A DNA stretch of 63,881 nucleotides, counting the filler. It is 7 parts of 7 records of this genome, joined end to end, with 100 filler letters (N's around TTAATTAATTAA, not from the genome) between each part and the next. Parts side by side here need not be neighbours in the genome. Positions count along the whole stretch, not along the records: positions 1 to 17,221 come from DRR723986_8822; 6 more parts are not named here. One strand, written 5' to 3'. This document shows, in pieces, positions 1 through 11,218 of the stretch. The translations under genes and the position numbers were made by a program. Position 1 is the stretch's first letter. Each line of letters begins with the position of its first letter. The notes below the pieces were generated by a model. It ran no database searches and was not told the origin of the DNA. It worked only from the letters and a program-made list of their open reading frames with translations.

Positions 1-1
1 C

Positions 2-2056
2 GTCCCCATGGGCTTTGGCGGCCCCCACGCAGCCTTCTTTGCAACCAAAGACAAGCATAAGCGCTCCGTACCTGGCCGCATCATTGGTGTGTCGGTAGAC
101 AGCCGCGGAAAACCCGCGCTGCGCATGGCCATGCAAACCCGCGAGCAACATATCCGCCGCGAAAAGGCCACCTCCAATATCTGTACCTCGCAGGCGCTGC
201 TGGCCATTATGGCGGTGTTTTACGCCATTTATCATGGTCCTGAGGGGCTTCGCCGGATCGCACTTCGCGTCAATCGCTCTACCGCCATACTCGCATCGGG
301 CCTCAAGCAGCTCGGTTTCGACTGCAATACCCATTTCTTCGACACGCTAACGGTCGCCTGTGGCGAGCGCAGCAGTGAGTTGGCCGACAAAGCTGAGGCA
401 CTGGGCCTTAACTTCCGGCGCAACCGCGACAGCCTCGGCATCAGCCTGGATGAAACCACTCGCAGCGAAGATATCGAGCAAATTTGGTCAGTATTTGCAG
501 CAGACCAATCGCTACCCAGCGTAGCGGATATCGACAGTCAGCTCGGCGAATTGCCGGGAATACCGGTGGATATGCAACGCCACACCAGCGTTCTTGAACA
601 CCCGGTCTTTAATAGCTACCACTCCGAAACGGAAATGCTGCGCTATATGAGCCGCCTGGAGCGCAAGGACATTGCGCTTAACCACTCGATGATCGCGCTC
701 GGCTCCTGCACCATGAAACTCAATGCCAGCAGCGAGATGATCCCGGTTACCTGGCCCGAGCTGGGGCGCATCCACCCCTTTGCCCCCGCAAATCAGATAA
801 CGGGTTACCTGCAGCTGGTTGATGAATTAGAAAAACAACTGGTGGAATGCACAGGCTACGACAAGTTTTCCATGCAGCCGAATGCAGGCTCTCAAGGCGA
901 ATATGCCGGACTGCTTGCCATCCGCCGCTACCATGAAAGCCGCGGCGATGCGCAGCGCGACATCTGCCTGATCCCGAGCTCAGCACACGGCACGAACCCC
1001 GCGTCAGCAGCGATGGCAAGTATGCGTGTGGTGATCGTCAACTGCGACGAACTGGGCAATGTTGATGTCGCGGATTTGCGGCAAAAAGCCGAGCAACACC
1101 GAGACGAGCTCGCCGCACTGATGGTGACCTACCCCTCTACTCACGGCGTTTTCGAAGAAGGCATTCGCGAAATTTGCGACATCGTTCACGAGCACGGTGG
1201 CCAGGTTTACGTCGATGGCGCCAATATGAATGCCCTGGTCGGCCTTGCCGCTCCAGGCCATTTTGGTGCCGACGTATCGCACCTCAATCTACACAAGACA
1301 TTTTGTATTCCCCACGGTGGTGGCGGCCCAGGCATGGGACCTATCGGTGTTAAAGCCCACTTGGCTCCCTTTCTGCCCAATCACCCCGTACAGCCGATTG
1401 ATGGCCTGGGTAGTGAAAACGACACGGTATCGGCAGCCACCTACGGCAGCGCCAGCATCCTGCCTATTTCCTGGATGTATATCCGCATGATGGGCGGCGC
1501 CGGACTTCGCCGCGCCACGGAAGTTGCGATTCTTAACGCCAACTACATGGCCAAGCGCCTAGCTGACCACTACCCCATCCTTTATACCGGCAAACACGGT
1601 CGCGTTGCCCACGAGTGCATTATCGACCTGCGCCCCTTAAAAGAAAGCAGTGGCATCAGCGAAGAAGACGTTGCAAAACGCTTAATGGATTATGGTTTCC
1701 ACGCCCCAACCATGTCCTTCCCGGTGCCCGGCACACTCATGATCGAGCCGACTGAAAGCGAAGCCAAGGCCGAACTCGATCGCTTCTGCGACGCCATGAT
1801 CCACATTCGCAAGGAAATTGCGCGCGTGGAAGCCGGCCAGCTTCCCGCTGACGATAACCCACTGGTTAATGCACCGCACACGCAAGCCGATATCATCAGC
1901 AGCGACTGGGCGCGCGCCTACAGCCGCGAAGAAGCCGCATGGCCCGTTAACGACTTAAGAGAGTCGAAGTATTGGCCAACGGTTAATCGCATTGATAATG
2001 TCTACGGCGACCGCAACTTGATCTGCTCCTGCCCACCGGTAGAGAGCTATCGATAA
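2..2056 (+). CDS. gcvP: Glycine dehydrogenase (decarboxylating), P protein; 5'-truncated by window edge
   Basis: [30 protein letters not shown]-lysine motif [19 protein letters not shown]-terminal [10 protein letters not shown]. Confidence 0.98.
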   Translation, partial: VPMGFGGPHAAFFATKDKHKRSVPGRIIGVSVDSRGKPALRMAMQTREQHIRREKATSNICTSQALLAIMAVFYAIYHGPEGLRRIALRVNRSTAILASGLKQLGFDCNTHFFDTLTVACGERSSELADKAEALGLNFRRNRDSLGISLDETTRSEDIEQIWSVFAADQSLPSVADIDSQLGELPGIPVDMQRHTSVLEHPVFNSYHSETEMLRYMSRLERKDIALNHSMIALGSCTMKLNASSEMIPVTWPELGRIHPFAPANQITGYLQLVDELEKQLVECTGYDKFSMQPNAGSQGEYAGLLAIRRYHESRGDAQRDICLIPSSAHGTNPASAAMASMRVVIVNCDELGNVDVADLRQKAEQHRDELAALMVTYPSTHGVFEEGIREICDIVHEHGGQVYVDGANMNALVGLAAPGHFGADVSHLNLHKTFCIPHGGGGPGMGPIGVKAHLAPFLPNHPVQPIDGLGSENDTVSAATYGSASILPISWMYIRMMGGAGLRRATEVAILNANYMAKRLADHYPILYTGKHGRVAHECIIDLRPLKESSGISEEDVAKRLMDYGFHAPTMSFPVPGTLMIEPTESEAKAELDRFCDAMIHIRKEIARVEAGQLPADDNPLVNAPHTQADIISSDWARAYSREEAAWPVNDLRESKYWPTVNRIDNVYGDRNLICSCPPVESYR

Positions 2057-2065
2057 CCCCCTTCC

Positions 2066-2096
2066 TCGCCCCACTCAAAAGCCAAGAGTGGGGCGA
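2066..2096 (+). terminator. Perfect 11-bp GC-rich hairpin after gcvP (terminator or 3' stabiliser)
   Basis: TCGCCCCACTC-9nt-GAGTGGGGCGA just after the stop; no U-tract. Confidence 0.5.
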
Positions 2097-2413
2097 ACTC
2101 CCCATCCCCACCCTCTGCAATACCGCGATAGGACGAGCCAAAACCACACACGGTAAGGCAAACTCTCCATCAGCTTGCGACATTGCCTAAAATCGCTTTT
2201 GTAACAGCGACATAGCGGTCGTTTAGCCCTAAAATAGTGCCAATCAAGAGTCTAAACGTGCATAGGTCACAGAAATTTTTGGCCTTTTTGCTCTAACATC
2301 TCACTTTAGAGGTGACGACTGTTGTTTTTACCTACAACATCCGTAAAACTACGTAACCTTAAGCGCACACCCATTTCCTGTTGTACCAGCTTGACTCTCC
2401 GGGAGGGGAATAC

Positions 2414-5113
2414 ATGAAAAGCATAAAAATAGCGATGTCGCTCGTTTTCGCATCGTTCTTACTCGCAGCGTGTGGAGGCGGTGGCGATGCCCGCAGCCCC
2501 GACCGCCCGGGATTAACCATAGACCCTGAAACCCTCCGCATGGAGTTCGTCAACAACGTCTCGACCTTACCGGGCACCGGTAACAGTCGCATTTCTGTGC
2601 GCATGCTCGCGCTGCGCTCCGACGGCATTAACAAGAACGTCGGCCCAGAAATGGTTATTACCGACCAAGTTCGCTGGCAGTTGAGTGCGAATCTTGGCTC
2701 TCCCGAAAAAGCTGAGCTCGACGTCAATGACGATGGCTCTCCGAAATTCCGCGACACCGTTAGAGACGGCAAGGTCCAGGATATTCTTAACCGGGTGCAG
2801 ATGGGCGTTGACGATGCGGCCATCAATGCAACGGTAACCGGTATCTTTACTAAATCCGGCAAAACCTTCAGCAAGACCCTGCCCTTCACCGTGGTTCCAC
2901 CCACGCCGGCAGGAAGCCCCAAGATTGTGGGCAAAGAGCTAATTTTGCTCGACCCGCTGATTGAAAACGACTCGGAAACAACGAACTACCGCTTACTGCA
3001 GTATTTCACCAACACGCCGATTCCCGAAAATATTACCGATACCGTCTATATTTGCAGCAGCGACACAACATTGGCTGAACCGTCAGCCGACCAACCTGTT
3101 GCGCTCAATGGTTCGGTTCCCGTTACCTACAAAAGCCCCTTCACCAGCGATGGCAATAATGCCGAGCGTCAGGTAACCCTGTTTGCCGTTGACGCCGACA
3201 GCAATCCCAATGGCTGTGTCGGTGCAACATCGGATGGCATTCGTGAGCTAACGGTAACGATGAAGCCAGCAACCTTCGCCAAGGTGGATATCTGTGCAAT
3301 CATCAACCCAGATACCGCGGCCTGCGATGCGGGCGGTGTATTAGCTCAGGATTCAATTGCCAGCTGTAAAGGCCTGGATTCAAACAGCATTAGCGTGCCT
3401 GCGGCACAGCGCCTGCAGTTCGTAGCGCGCCTCACCTACAACAACGTGCAAAACCCGGGTCAAACCCTGCAGGTTTACCAGTGCAGCGACAACGGCAATG
3501 ACGTTTGGAGCGCACGTGACGGTGACCTTATTTACAGCACCGACCCGAAAGTCGACCCCAAAGAAGGCTTTGCGGTAACCGTTGACGGCGCCACCTATGA
3601 CGACCTTAAAGCGTCTGGCGGCATTGCCCTGACCAGCGTGGTAACCGGTAACTTTGGCAACAACGTTCCCGACCTGGCCGACACGCTCGAGCTGAATCTG
3701 GTTGGTCCACGTGTTGATGAACTGAAAATCGAACGTGTAGACGGCCTGAATAACGGAGAAAACGCCCCCGCTGATACGTTGTATGTGAACAGCTTCCTGG
3801 ACGGCATCGAGTACCGCGCACTGTGTAAGTTCACCGAACTTGCCGGCGGCACCGGCGCCTTCGAGGCCTGCCCCAACGGCCTGATCGAGTGGGAGTCTAG
3901 CGTTCCCACAACGGCGCTTCCTGTGCCCGACACCTCGGTTAACACTACGCTCACCGCCCAAACTGGCGCCGCAGAGGGCCCACTGGAACTCAAGCTGACC
4001 TACTTTGGCAGTGATGAGCCGGTTTCCGTTACTCGCCCCGTGAACGCTGTTGACCCCGGCGCATTGACTGAGCTGCGTCTGTTCATGGTTCCCAATGCGA
4101 CTGAACCGGACACCCTTGCAGACGACGAATTCGCCTGTGTCGGTCGCGATGACCTTGTTGAGTCTCTGGAAGACGGCGAACAGTTTGTTCGCGGTGGCCA
4201 GCAATTCGAGGCTTATGCCAACTTCAGCAATTTGCAAAGCTCAACAGCGCTGCCCACCGAGGGCGATCTGCTTGGCGCAGGCAATGACTCAACAACCCGC
4301 CTGCTGCGAGTCACCGATCAAAGCCGCATTGCATTTACCGCTATCCCCGGTTTCTGGAGTGGCGACTTTGCAGATCCCGCAGCCTGCCAGACAGCGGTGA
4401 CCGACAGCGTTCCTCTCGAAGATATTACCGACGCGACGGGTGGCTTTATTCTGACCCCCGCTGCTGCGGCGGCAAGCTTCGACCCGAACCAGAAAGGTCG
4501 TTTGCGCTCCGACGGCCTGCTGCGTCTCAGTACCGTCTGTGTTCAGGCACAGGCCGATACCGACTCGGATAGTACGTTCGAAACGCAATCCGTCGATGGC
4601 GCGAGCGTTTTGGTACTGCCAGCGGCTGATGACAATCTGCTCACTTTCTCGAATGAGCTGTGTAGCGTCCTGGAGCCCGTATTAACCTTAAGCTCGTTCC
4701 CCGGTGTTGGATTTGAAACACCAGGCGTCATTTTGCCCGTCATCTACGGCGTTAGCTTAGTGGCTGATCCATTGCTTGCTACGCTTATTCAAAATGATGA
4801 CGGCGGCACCATCCCTGCCGAAGCCATTGTGGAAGCACTGATAACCGGTGATTTCAGCACGCTGGATCCCTCGGCACCCGACCTCGGCGCAGGCTTAGGC
4901 ACACTGACCAATGTCCTGTTGACTGGCGGCCCACTGCCTGTAGGCCTTGGCGACCTTGTTGACGTTGTTGACGCCTGCTTGGTTGCTCCTGTTACCTCCG
5001 TAGTCGGCGGCCTTTTGGATACATTGCTTGGCTTCAACATCGAAGATTTCCAAAACTTCGATGAGACGTTCTACGACGATTGCATAAACCTCTTCGGAGA
5101 TTTGGCACCATAA
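2414..5113 (+). CDS. Large acidic Cys-rich lipoprotein of unknown function, probably multi-Ig-like
   Basis: GGAGGGG RBS before ATG 2414; signal peptide MKSIKIAMSLVFASFLLAA-C with lipobox; beta-rich body; 14 further Cys. Confidence 0.8.
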   Translation: MKSIKIAMSLVFASFLLAACGGGGDARSPDRPGLTIDPETLRMEFVNNVSTLPGTGNSRISVRMLALRSDGINKNVGPEMVITDQVRWQLSANLGSPEKAELDVNDDGSPKFRDTVRDGKVQDILNRVQMGVDDAAINATVTGIFTKSGKTFSKTLPFTVVPPTPAGSPKIVGKELILLDPLIENDSETTNYRLLQYFTNTPIPENITDTVYICSSDTTLAEPSADQPVALNGSVPVTYKSPFTSDGNNAERQVTLFAVDADSNPNGCVGATSDGIRELTVTMKPATFAKVDICAIINPDTAACDAGGVLAQDSIASCKGLDSNSISVPAAQRLQFVARLTYNNVQNPGQTLQVYQCSDNGNDVWSARDGDLIYSTDPKVDPKEGFAVTVDGATYDDLKASGGIALTSVVTGNFGNNVPDLADTLELNLVGPRVDELKIERVDGLNNGENAPADTLYVNSFLDGIEYRALCKFTELAGGTGAFEACPNGLIEWESSVPTTALPVPDTSVNTTLTAQTGAAEGPLELKLTYFGSDEPVSVTRPVNAVDPGALTELRLFMVPNATEPDTLADDEFACVGRDDLVESLEDGEQFVRGGQQFEAYANFSNLQSSTALPTEGDLLGAGNDSTTRLLRVTDQSRIAFTAIPGFWSGDFADPAACQTAVTDSVPLEDITDATGGFILTPAAAAASFDPNQKGRLRSDGLLRLSTVCVQAQADTDSDSTFETQSVDGASVLVLPAADDNLLTFSNELCSVLEPVLTLSSFPGVGFETPGVILPVIYGVSLVADPLLATLIQNDDGGTIPAEAIVEALITGDFSTLDPSAPDLGAGLGTLTNVLLTGGPLPVGLGDLVDVVDACLVAPVTSVVGGLLDTLLGFNIEDFQNFDETFYDDCINLFGDLAP

Positions 5114-5125
5114 TAAAAAAGGATG

Positions 5126-5150
5126 AAGCGCGGCCTCTGGGCCGCGCTTT
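5126..5150 (+). terminator. Intergenic hairpin between lipoprotein and ompA
   Basis: AAGCGCGGCC-TCTG-GGCCGCGCTT with only a short T run. Confidence 0.55.
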
Positions 5151-5179
5151 GCCATTGGGTAGTTACTAGGAGAAACTAA

Positions 5180-6475
5180 ATGAAACTGCGTACTCTTGCG
5201 CTTGCGATGGCTGCTACGGCGTTGACCTCGCCCCTGCTCGCCGACAGCAGCGATGAAGAATCGGTGTATGATGACCGCTGGCGTGGCCACGTTATGCTCG
5301 GCGCAACCGTTGCCGACGACGAAGATTACGACAATGGCGGTATAGGCAAGATTGGTATCGGTAAACCGATCAACCGCTACATCATGATCGACGCCCACAT
5401 GAACTACGGCGAGCTTAAGACCAGCAAGAACGATGTCTATGAGCGTGCCGCTGCCGGTGTCGATATTCTCTTTTTCCCCTTCGGCGCCTTCGAGCTGGAT
5501 GCCAGTGCCCTGCAGCCCTACTTTGGCGTTGGCGCGACTTACCACGAAATTGAATTCGTTGGAGACATCGAATCCGACTTCGGCAACGATGCCGTTGCAG
5601 GTTTTACTTATGACCTTGGCGGCGCGGCACTGCGTGCAGAAGCCCGCTACCAGATCGACAAAATCAACGAGAAAGACATCCTCGTTGACGATTACTTCTA
5701 CACCTACGCGTTTATGCTGGGTGTCTCGGTACCCTTCGGCGACGAGCCACTGCCCTACAACTATGATAGTGACGGCGATGGTGTGCCCGATCGCATCGAC
5801 AAATGCCCCAACACACCGCGCGGCACGCCCGTTGACTCTAACGGCTGCCCGTTAGATAGCGACGGCGATGGTGTTCCCAACTTCCGCGACAAGTGTCCAA
5901 ACACCCCACGTGGCGCCAAAGTAAATGTCCACGGCTGCTCTATCGACGATGACCGCGATGGCGTGCCCAATGATATTGACCAGTGCCCAGGCACTCCCCT
6001 TGGCGTGCCCGTTGATGTTCGCGGTTGCCCGCTCGACAGCGACAACGATGGCGTACCCAACAAGATCGACCAATGCCCAGGTACGCTGCCCGGAATGAAA
6101 GTGAATTCCCGCGGCTGTGTGATCTCACAAAAAGTCGATATCGATGGCGTACACTTCGAATTTAACAAAGCTCGTCTGATGCTTGATTCGAAGACCGTAC
6201 TGGATAATGTCGCCAAGGCCCTGAACAACGAGCCAGACGTTAGCATTATCATTGCGGGTCACACTGACTCTGTAGGTAGCGATGCTTACAATAAGCGCCT
6301 GTCGCAAGAGCGCGCCCAGTCAGTGGTCGACTACTTGATTAGCAAAGGTATTGAAAGCAGCCGCCTGCGCGCGGTGGGTTACGGCGAAAGCAAACCCGTT
6401 GCCGACAACTCCACCGACGAGGGCCGTGAGCGCAACCGTCGCGTAGAGCTACAAGTGAATAGCCCGAACCGCTAA
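5180..6475 (+). CDS. OmpA/OprF-family outer membrane protein with thrombospondin type-3-like repeats
   Basis: Signal peptide, N-terminal beta-barrel, DxDxDGVPxxxDxCP repeats, C-terminal GHTDSVG..YNKRLSQERA..NRRVE peptidoglycan-binding domain. Confidence 0.95.
   Translation: MKLRTLALAMAATALTSPLLADSSDEESVYDDRWRGHVMLGATVADDEDYDNGGIGKIGIGKPINRYIMIDAHMNYGELKTSKNDVYERAAAGVDILFFPFGAFELDASALQPYFGVGATYHEIEFVGDIESDFGNDAVAGFTYDLGGAALRAEARYQIDKINEKDILVDDYFYTYAFMLGVSVPFGDEPLPYNYDSDGDGVPDRIDKCPNTPRGTPVDSNGCPLDSDGDGVPNFRDKCPNTPRGAKVNVHGCSIDDDRDGVPNDIDQCPGTPLGVPVDVRGCPLDSDNDGVPNKIDQCPGTLPGMKVNSRGCVISQKVDIDGVHFEFNKARLMLDSKTVLDNVAKALNNEPDVSIIIAGHTDSVGSDAYNKRLSQERAQSVVDYLISKGIESSRLRAVGYGESKPVADNSTDEGRERNRRVELQVNSPNR
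5765..6124 (+). repeat. Four 90-nt (30-aa) TSP3-like Ca-binding coding repeats
   Basis: DSDGDGVPDRIDKCPNTPRGTPVDSNGCPL-type unit present four times. Confidence 0.9.
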
Positions 6476-6496
6476 TCGCAGCACAAGCAATATTGT

Positions 6497-6520
6497 AAGG
6501 GGCCCCAGGCCCCTTTTTTT
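6497..6520 (+). terminator. Rho-independent terminator of ompA
   Basis: AAGGGGCC-CCA-GGCCCC followed by T7. Confidence 0.85.
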
Positions 6521-6730
6521 GTGTCCCCAACCGCCCTATCTGAAAATTTTATCCACTCGCGTTACACTGCGCGCTGCCGTATTCAAGCTACACTCTAAGA
6601 GTATTATGCAGACAGCCATTGTCAGTCATCGGCAATATCAATACGCGACACATCAGCTCGCGCGAAACCGTCTCGGTGAATACCTGTTCGCCAGGCATCC
6701 GTGGAAAACCGAACAAGGAGCCCGCTCCCC

Positions 6731-8745
6731 ATGTCAGAACCAGGACGCCGTGTTGACCTCTCCCAAATTAACCCCCCGGTTTTTTTCGGCTCGGTCATTC
6801 TAATTTTTGCCATTGTTATCTTTGGCGCCAGCACCCCCGATATAGCCGGGAAGTGTTCAGCAGCACCCAAAGCTGGATTGTTGATAGCTTTGGCTGGCTT
6901 TACCTCTTGGCCGTGGCAATCTTTTTATTCTTCTCTTTGTATCTGGCGCTTAGCCGCTACGGCAGTATTCGCCTCGGACCAGAACACTCCCAGCCGGACT
7001 TTAGCTACGGCTCGTGGTTTGCCATGCTATTTTCCGCAGGCATGGGTATCGGCTTACTGTTTTACGGCGTCGCCGAACCCGTGCTGCACATGAGCTCACC
7101 ACCACAGGGAGAAGGACAGACTATCGAAGCCGCTCGCGAAGCGATGGCAACCACCTTCTTTCACTGGGGGCTGCACGCCTGGTCGATTTACGCGGTAGTC
7201 GGTCTGTCACTGGCCTATTTTGGTTTTCGCCACCGCTTGCCACTCACATTACGCTCCGCGCTATTTCCAATTATCGGCGAGCGCATGAACGGACCATTGG
7301 GCCACGCCGTCGACATCTTCGCGGTGCTCGGAACCATGTTTGGCGTGGCGACATCGTTGGGGCTCGGTGTGATGCAAGTAAACACCGGGCTCAACTATCT
7401 CTTTGGGCTCACTATCTCAACCCCGGTACAAATTGGCCTGATTGTCGCGATTACCGGCTTCGCGACTGTCTCGGTTGTTGCCGGTCTTGATGCCGGCATT
7501 CGCCGGCTCAGCATACTCAATGTGATGCTGGCCGCAGTACTAATGGTCTATATGGCCGCGAGTGGCCCGACACAGCACCTATTCCAGGCGCTCGTTCAAA
7601 ATACCGGCCACTACCTCGACACCCTGGTCAATAAAACTTTTAACCTCTATGCCTATGAGCCCACCGACTGGATGGGCGCATGGACACTCTTTTACTGGGG
7701 TTGGTGGATCGCGTGGTCCCCCTTTGTCGGCATGTTCATTGCTCGCGTATCTCGAGGGCGAACCATTCGCGAATTTGTGATGGGTGTGCTCTTCGTGCCA
7801 GTCGGTTTCACATTCGTGTGGATGACGCTATTTGGCAACACCGCAATCGCGCTGGACTTTGGCATTGCCGACGGCGCCATTTCGGCAGCGGTCAATAGCG
7901 ATGTCACCACTGCCGTCTTCAAGGTTTTTGAATACCTACCACTGGGCACTGTGGCGTCGCTGCTGGCCACATTGCTGGTAATCACCTTCTTCGTGACCTC
8001 TTCTGATTCCGGCTCGTTGGTGATCGACATCATCACCTCTGGCGGCAATCACGAACCGCCGATCTGGCAGCGGGTATTCTGGGCGGTAACTGAAGGCGTC
8101 GTAGCAGCGGTGTTACTGCTGGCTGGAGGGCTATCGGCCCTGCAAAGTGCGGCCATTGCCAGCGCCCTGCCCTTCACCTTTATCATGCTGATTATTTGCT
8201 ATGGCCTGTTCAAAGGCTTGCGACTGGAAGCCCTAAAGCTGGACGCCCGCAACCAATCCGACCTCAGTGTGACCAATGGCGAAGTCCCTTGGCAGGTTCG
8301 CTTGAAGCGTATGGTGACCTTCCCAGGAAAAGAGAAAGCCAAAGCATTTCTCAATTCAGAGGTTTTGGATGCCTTCAGTGCCGTGAGTAAAGAGTTGGCA
8401 AAACACGACCGTGAATGTCGAGTCCAACGCGAGGCCGATAGTATTCAACTCAAGGTCTACCACGGCGATGAGGAAACCTTCCGCTACGGTGTATTTCTCA
8501 GCAGTCATATCGCGCCGGGGTTTGTGGTTTCCGATCTCCATATGGATGAAAGCAAGCAGCGCCATTTCTACCGCCTGGATGTTCACCTGACAGAAGGTGC
8601 TCAGCACTACGACATCATGGACTACACACGCGAGCAAATTATTAGCGACATCCTCTCGCAATATAACTCTCACCTGCTGTATCTAGATATGGCCCGCGCG
8701 GATAACACAACCATCGACCCCAAAAGTCAGGAGACACTCACATGA
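6731..8745 (+). CDS. betT: BCCT-family choline/glycine-betaine transporter (BetT-like); one base missing near 6848-6853
   Basis: N-terminus MSEPG..INPPVFFGSVILI in one frame, remainder (SWFAMLFSAGMGIG, FHWGLHAW, WTLFYWGWWIAWSPFVGMFIARVSRGRTIREF, long cytoplasmic C-tail) in the -1 frame; AGGAG RBS before 6731. Confidence 0.85.
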
Positions 8746-9875
8746 AAAAGCACTTAGCGAGTGCCGCTTTATGCTGCGTTCTGCCACTAATGGCGACAGC
8801 GGAAAGTGATATTACTGTTGGTGGCGCGGTGCGCTTCCAATACAGCTTTGAAGACTACGACGACGGCAACCGCCAACGTGTGGGCGACATCGACCTGGAC
8901 ACGGTACGCATCAATTTTGATGGCAGTGTCGACAATATCCTGCTTTCCGCCGAGCTGCGCTACTACGAGTATATGGAAGTGGTCCACCACGCCTGGCTCG
9001 GCTATCAAATAAACCCTGAGTGGCAAGTACAGCTGGGTATTACTCAGCTACCTTTCGGCAACCTTCCCTACAACTCCCACAGTTTTTTCTTCAGCAGTAA
9101 TTACTATTTGGGGCTGGAAGATGACTACGACTTCGGCATTAAATTTCTCTACCAAGGCGAGCATCTAGAAAGCCAAATTGCGCTGTTTAAGAATGATGAA
9201 CAGGGCGGTATTGACGGCTACGTTGACAATCGCAGTGACCGCTACTCCTACGACATTGTCGGCAGCCGCCAGCCCGGCCAGGGCATCTATGACGCCCCCA
9301 GCGCTTCGGGTGCACTGGCCGAAACCAACACGCTGGTGTGGCGGGTCGCGAGCGACCTGCTGGATCAGCCTAACGATAGCCTGCAAGTCGGATTCTCTGC
9401 CCTGCACGGCCAGCTCCATGACGACCAGGAGACCTCTGCAGGCGACTACAGCGCCTTCGCTCTGCATATGAATGGCCAGTTCGGAGCGTGGAATCTGCAG
9501 CTCAGCAGCGGTCATTATGAATACAACCCGGACGATGGATCGGAGCTTATGGTGGTGGGTGCCTACTCCTTCTTTGATACTATCGCCGCGTCGGCCGACA
9601 TCCACAGTGCTAATATCGCCTATCGCTTTGATGCGCCTGTCGACGGCATTGACTCTATCACCGTCTACTTAGACAACAGCGTCGTCAGTGGTAAGTCCGC
9701 CGACCTCGACGACACGCGCATGCATGTCCTGGGAGCCTCAGTTAGCAAGGGCAGCCTATTCACCTACATCGACTTGATACACGGTGAAAACCAGCCATTT
9801 ATTGGCAGTAGCATGGCCGCCAATGCCGGCAACAGCAACACGCGCTTTAACATCAACGTCGGCTTCTATTTTTAG
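8742..9875 (+). CDS. Outer-membrane porin-like beta-barrel, translationally coupled to the BCCT gene
   Basis: ATGA overlap, signal peptide, amphipathic strands, C-terminal RFNINVGFYF beta-signal. Confidence 0.8.
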   Translation: MKKHLASAALCCVLPLMATAESDITVGGAVRFQYSFEDYDDGNRQRVGDIDLDTVRINFDGSVDNILLSAELRYYEYMEVVHHAWLGYQINPEWQVQLGITQLPFGNLPYNSHSFFFSSNYYLGLEDDYDFGIKFLYQGEHLESQIALFKNDEQGGIDGYVDNRSDRYSYDIVGSRQPGQGIYDAPSASGALAETNTLVWRVASDLLDQPNDSLQVGFSALHGQLHDDQETSAGDYSAFALHMNGQFGAWNLQLSSGHYEYNPDDGSELMVVGAYSFFDTIAASADIHSANIAYRFDAPVDGIDSITVYLDNSVVSGKSADLDDTRMHVLGASVSKGSLFTYIDLIHGENQPFIGSSMAANAGNSNTRFNINVGFYF

Positions 9876-9915
9876 CCGCCACGCGAACAGCTGACCAACA
9901 CAAAAAAGCTGCCCG

Positions 9916-9960
9916 AAATAAAAAAGCCCCGCGGTGACATCACCGCGGGGCTTTTATTTT
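9916..9960. terminator. Bidirectional terminator between convergent porin and sat
   Basis: A-tract, GCCCCGCGGTG-ACAT-CACCGCGGGGC, T-tract. Confidence 0.9.
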
Positions 9961-9974
9961 GTAAAGGCGTCTAA

Positions 9975-11165
9975 TTAACCTTCGATCTGATAGTAGTCCA
10001 TCAGAATCTGAGCCACTTCAGGGCGTGAAAACTCTGGTGGTGGCGCAATGCCATTGCCCAGCATTTCACGAACCTTAGTGCCGGAGAGCAATACGAAGTC
10101 CTCTTTATTGTGATCCGGTGCATCGCGCATCATCACTACTTTATTCAACTTCTTCGAGTAAGCTGTGTGGTCGGCGCGGTAGATATCAATTTCCAACGCC
10201 CCTTCAGGTACTTTCTCATCGAAAATTGTCTGCGCATCGAAACCACCGTAGTAGTCACCCACACCGGCGTGGTCGCGGCCAACAATCAAGTGCGTACAGC
10301 CACAGTTCTGGCGGAACACCGCGTGCAATACCGCCTCGCGTGGGCCGGCGTAGAGCATGTCGAAACCGTAGCCGGTAATCATTACCGTGTTCTTGGGGAA
10401 GTAAACTTCAACCATTTTGCGGATCGCCGCATCACGCACGTGAGCGGGGATATCTCCGGCCTTCAATTTACCGAGCAGCATGTGAATAAGGATGCCATCG
10501 GTACCCAGGTCTTCCATCGCCATGCGGCACAGCTCTTCGTGCGCGCGGTGCATTGGGTTACGCGTTTGGAAAGCAACCACTTTTTCCCAGCCACGCTCTG
10601 AAATCTCGTTACGAATTTCAACTGCCGTGCGGAAAGTATCCGGGAAGTCAGCCTGGAAGTAGCTGAAGTTAAGCACTTGGATCGGGCCTGACAGCAAGGT
10701 ATTGCCCAAAGACTTGAAGGTCTTCACACCGGGGTGCTCAGCATCCAAGGTGCCAAAGATGTTCTCAGCCATGAAGTCGATCTGCTCGTCGCTAACCGAC
10801 TCAACAGCGTCTACATCCATAATCGCCAATACGGGATTGCCCTCAACATTGGGGTCGCGCAGCGCGATTCGGCTTCCCGCTTCAATGCCTTGCGCATCTT
10901 GCACCAGGTTAACAACGGGCACGGGCCAAAACAGGCCTTCTGCGGTGTGAAGCTTCTCAGCCACACTTAGAGAGTCTGCCAGGTTCATGTAGCCAGTCAG
11001 CGGGGTGAAGTACCCGGCACCCAGCATCACCGCGTTAGCCGCAGCGGCAGAGCTTACAATAATAGAAGGCAGGGTTTCCGCCTCGGCATTGAGTGCGTGG
11101 TGTTTCTCGGTGTCGTAAACAAACAGCGGCTTAAGTTCATCAGCGCCATGGGGCTTAATCATCAT
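9975..11165 (-). CDS. sat: Sulfate adenylyltransferase (homo-oligomeric Sat-type ATP sulfurylase)
   Basis: VAFQTRNPMHRAHE, YAGPREAVLHA, IVGRDHAGVG, LSGTKVR motifs. Confidence 0.97.
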   Translation of the reverse strand: MMIKPHGADELKPLFVYDTEKHHALNAEAETLPSIIVSSAAAANAVMLGAGYFTPLTGYMNLADSLSVAEKLHTAEGLFWPVPVVNLVQDAQGIEAGSRIALRDPNVEGNPVLAIMDVDAVESVSDEQIDFMAENIFGTLDAEHPGVKTFKSLGNTLLSGPIQVLNFSYFQADFPDTFRTAVEIRNEISERGWEKVVAFQTRNPMHRAHEELCRMAMEDLGTDGILIHMLLGKLKAGDIPAHVRDAAIRKMVEVYFPKNTVMITGYGFDMLYAGPREAVLHAVFRQNCGCTHLIVGRDHAGVGDYYGGFDAQTIFDEKVPEGALEIDIYRADHTAYSKKLNKVVMMRDAPDHNKEDFVLLSGTKVREMLGNGIAPPPEFSRPEVAQILMDYYQIEG

Positions 11166-11218
11166 AAAACTCCGTAATTTGGTGGTGTCTTCTCGTTCAG
11201 TTGCTGATCAAATTGGGC

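Noticed and set aside
5765-6124. CRISPR-like periodic repeats
   Set aside because: In-frame degenerate protein repeats inside ompA; I saw no CRISPR array, cas gene, tRNA or rRNA in the window.
6845-6856. Programmed -1 frameshift in betT
   Set aside because: C-GGG-AAG is not an X-XXY-YYZ slippery site; a short-homopolymer deletion is simpler, and a similar one occurs in another contig.
9975-11165. Evidence of dissimilatory sulfur oxidation or reduction
   Set aside because: No apr, qmo, dsr or sox genes nearby; co-transcription with APS kinase points to PAPS synthesis.
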